Source of the DNA: an uncultured SAR86 cluster bacterium
GTDB taxonomy: Bacteria > Pseudomonadota > Gammaproteobacteria > Magnimaribacterales > D2472
Direction of reading: 5' to 3'
Assembly: GCA_905181645.1 (NCBI GenBank)
Contig: CAJIYN010000001.1
Span: forward strand, 696,691-760,690
DNA: 64,000 nt
Shown here: positions 61,530 to 64,000 of the stretch, one piece after another
Numbering within the stretch: position 1 is the first letter of the stretch
Layout of the letters: each line of letters starts with the position of its first letter
Program-made: the position numbers and the translations under genes
The notes under the pieces: model-generated
What the model was told of the DNA's origin: nothing
The model's input: only the letters and a program-made list of their open reading frames with translations
Databases searched by the model: none

Positions 61530-62141
61530 TTAGATCTTTTTTAAAGTTTCTAAATTTTTATTTAATAAATCAAGATTATTTTCTTTAAAGTCATTAATGG
61601 ATATTAAAGCAGACGAGCCGACTGCTACAACATTATCTAACTCAAGATAAGATTTCATATTAGATAAATTAATGCCACCAGTAGGGATAAATTTTGCCTC
61701 TGGAAATACAGAATTAAAGGCTTTTAATTTCTCAATACCACCAGAATATTCAGCAGGAAAAAATTTAAGCAATTTATGGCCATATGATAATGCTTGCATT
61801 ACTTCAGATGCAGTGTCTACTCCAGGAATTAACAAGAAATTTTTACTCTCAGCATATTCAGATAACTCAATATTTAATCCTGGTGATACACCAAAGTTAG
61901 CTTTAGCATCTATGGCAGTATCTATATCAGATAGGTTTTTAATAGTTCCAATACCAAGAAGGATATTATCAAGATCAAGATTCTTAAGTGCTTTTTTAAC
62001 TCTTGAATCTCTTAAAGTTATTTCTACAACAGGAAGACTATTCTTTTTTAAATATTTAAATAATTCTTGTGCAGTCTTCTGCTCAGTAACTGTAACAATA
62101 GGTATAGCTTTATAAAGCGATAATTTTTTTATAATATCCAT
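61530..62141 (-). CDS. eda: KDPG aldolase
   Basis: EITLR, GIGT, FGVSPG, KFFPA, PTGGI. Confidence 0.92.
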   Translation of the reverse strand: MDIIKKLSLYKAIPIVTVTEQKTAQELFKYLKKNSLPVVEITLRDSRVKKALKNLDLDNILLGIGTIKNLSDIDTAIDAKANFGVSPGLNIELSEYAESKNFLLIPGVDTASEVMQALSYGHKLLKFFPAEYSGGIEKLKAFNSVFPEAKFIPTGGINLSNMKSYLELDNVVAVGSSALISINDFKENNLDLLNKNLETLKKI

Positions 62142-63914
62142 TATGAGTTATCCATAAAAATTGAAGCACCATCATCTGTAGAACCTACATTGCTTCTAAA
62201 TATATTAAATAACTCCCTTCCAACACCTTGATTTGAATTGTTTAGTTCACATAGGTTTCTAGATGCTAACTCTTCATTAGAAAGGTTTACTGAAAATAAA
62301 CCACTCTTAATATCTATGATTACTTCATCGCCATTATTTATTTTTCCAATAGCGCCATCGTTTTTAGCTTCAGGTGTTACATGAATAATTGCAGGAAAAC
62401 TTCCTGATGCCCCTGACATTCTTCCATCCGTAATAAGAGCAATTTTATATCCTTTTGACTGAAGAACATTAATAGGCGAGGTTAATTTATGGAGCTCAGG
62501 CATACCATTGGCGCTTGGACCTTGACCTCTAACAACAATTATACAATCTTTATTTAAATCGCCTTTATTAAAAGCATCGATTACTTTATTTTGGCAATTA
62601 AATACAAGCGCCTCTGTTTTTATTGTTTCTGAAGTTTTTAAAGCTGAGGTTTTAATGATTCCTTTCCCAATATTACCTTGCATTAATTTTATACCTCCAG
62701 ATTTTTTGAATGGATTATTAGCATCTCTGATAATACCTTGATCTAATATTTTTACCTCATTAATCCATACAACCTTCGTATATTCTCCTAACCCACCTTT
62801 AGAAACAGTGGCAACGTCGGAGTACATACAGCCAGCATCAATCAACTCTCTAATAATAAATGCTGGGCCACCTGAAGCTTGAAATTCATTTACATCAGCT
62901 TTACCATTTGGATAAACACTTGCGAGTAAAGGAACTGATTTTGCTAAATTATGAAAATCTGTCCAATCGATAATAATGCCAGCTGCTCTTGCTATCGCTA
63001 CCCAGTGAATTAAATGGTTTGTAGATCCACCTGTAGCTAGTAAGGCTGCCATAGCATTAATACAAGATTTAGCAGTTAGCATCTCACCAAATGAAATATC
63101 TTTATTTGATAGTTCTAAAATTGTATCAACAGTTTTTTTAATTAACCCATCTCTTAATTTAGATCCAGGCGGAGTAAAGGAAGATCCTGGGAGTTGAATC
63201 CCCATTATTTCCATAATTAATTGATTTGTATTTGCAGTTCCATAAAAAGTACAAGTTCCGGATGTATGATAGGCAGCTTGCTCTGATGCTATTAATTCAG
63301 ATCTATCTATATCACCAGCTGCAAAAGCATTCCTTGTTTGCGCTTTTTCAATATTACTTATACCTGATGGCATTGGTCCAGCAGACATAAAAGCAATTGG
63401 CATATGACCAAAAGTTAATGCAGAAATTAAAAGACCTGGAACAATTTTGTCACAAATTCCAAGCATTAATACTCCATCAAAAACATCATGAGATAGCCCT
63501 ATAGATGAAGACATTGCTATCGTGTCTCTTGAAAAAAGACTGAGCTCCATTCCAGGTTCACCTTGTGTGACGCCGTCACACATAGCAGGAACCCCAGATG
63601 CAACTTGTGCTGTCGCCCCATAATTTGCTGCAAAATTTCTTATTATTTTAGGATAATCCTCATAGGGCTTGTGCTGAAAGCATGTCATTATATGCAGATA
63701 CAATGCCAATAACTTTTTTACCTTCTGCAGCACCTGCTTGTTGATCCTTATCGCATGAAGCAAAAGCATGCGCAAAATTACTACAACCCATATTATTTCT
63801 TGCAGATTTATTATGCTCTTTGGAATGCTTCAACATCTTCTAAATCTATTCTAACATCTTCATCTAATAGTTTAAAAAATTTTCTACCTCTATAAGAGCA
63901 GGGTGTATCTTCAT
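62141..63914 (-). CDS. edd: 6-phosphogluconate dehydratase (5' part frameshifted/garbled)
   Basis: NMGCSNFAHAFA, VPAMCDGVTQG, GICDKIVPG, GTCTFYGTAN, GMPELHKL, TDGRMSGASG. Confidence 0.95.
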
Positions 63915-63915
63915 A

Positions 63916-64000
63916 TTATTTTCCATTTCTCCAAGATCTATTTTCCTTATCTAACATAAGATCTGATGCTGAGGGTCCCCAGCTACCTGAAAGATATTCA
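63916..64000 (-). CDS. zwf: glucose-6-phosphate dehydrogenase C-terminus (window edge)
   Basis: EYLSGSWGPSASDLMLDKENRSW; immediately upstream of edd. Confidence 0.75.
   Translation of the reverse strand, partial: EYLSGSWGPSASDLMLDKENRSWRNGK

Overview
Low-GC chromosomal segment of a streamlined marine gammaproteobacterium (SAR86-like by gene order and content; this is inference). About 1-40 kb is core genome: thrC-prfB-lysS, mdh, nrdAB, glpK, serA, ung, ygfZ-sdhE, rpoE-rseA-degP-lepA-lepB-rnc-era-recO-acpS-adk-tsaB-uppP-rsmJ, proBA, tRNA-Leu, queA-tgt-yajC-secDF, suhB/trmJ. From tRNA-Glu (40432) to tRNA-Gly (55974) is an accessory region. It is followed by an amidase, a flavin oxidoreductase, glcB and Entner-Doudoroff genes. 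Sequence quality is poor: many genes are frameshifted, and several contain short foreign patches of other genes (pheS, GSCFA, bshA, rplL, atpC, mreB, a second RF2). These look like chimeras from long-read correction, so pseudogene calls are unsafe. Best leads: (1) downstream of tRNA-Glu, five phased GTAGTCA motifs followed by two ~70-bp G-tract-rich direct repeats exactly 1680 bp apart that bracket a two-nuclease cassette (EEP + GIY-YIG), with no integrase in the window; (2) a three-DnaA-box cluster with DARS1-like geometry upstream of ung; (3) an apparent RseA-RseB fusion; (4) a TonB receptor with a LacI-type operator next to an M64 peptidase lipoprotein; (5) a tandem pair of paralogous unknown secreted proteins.
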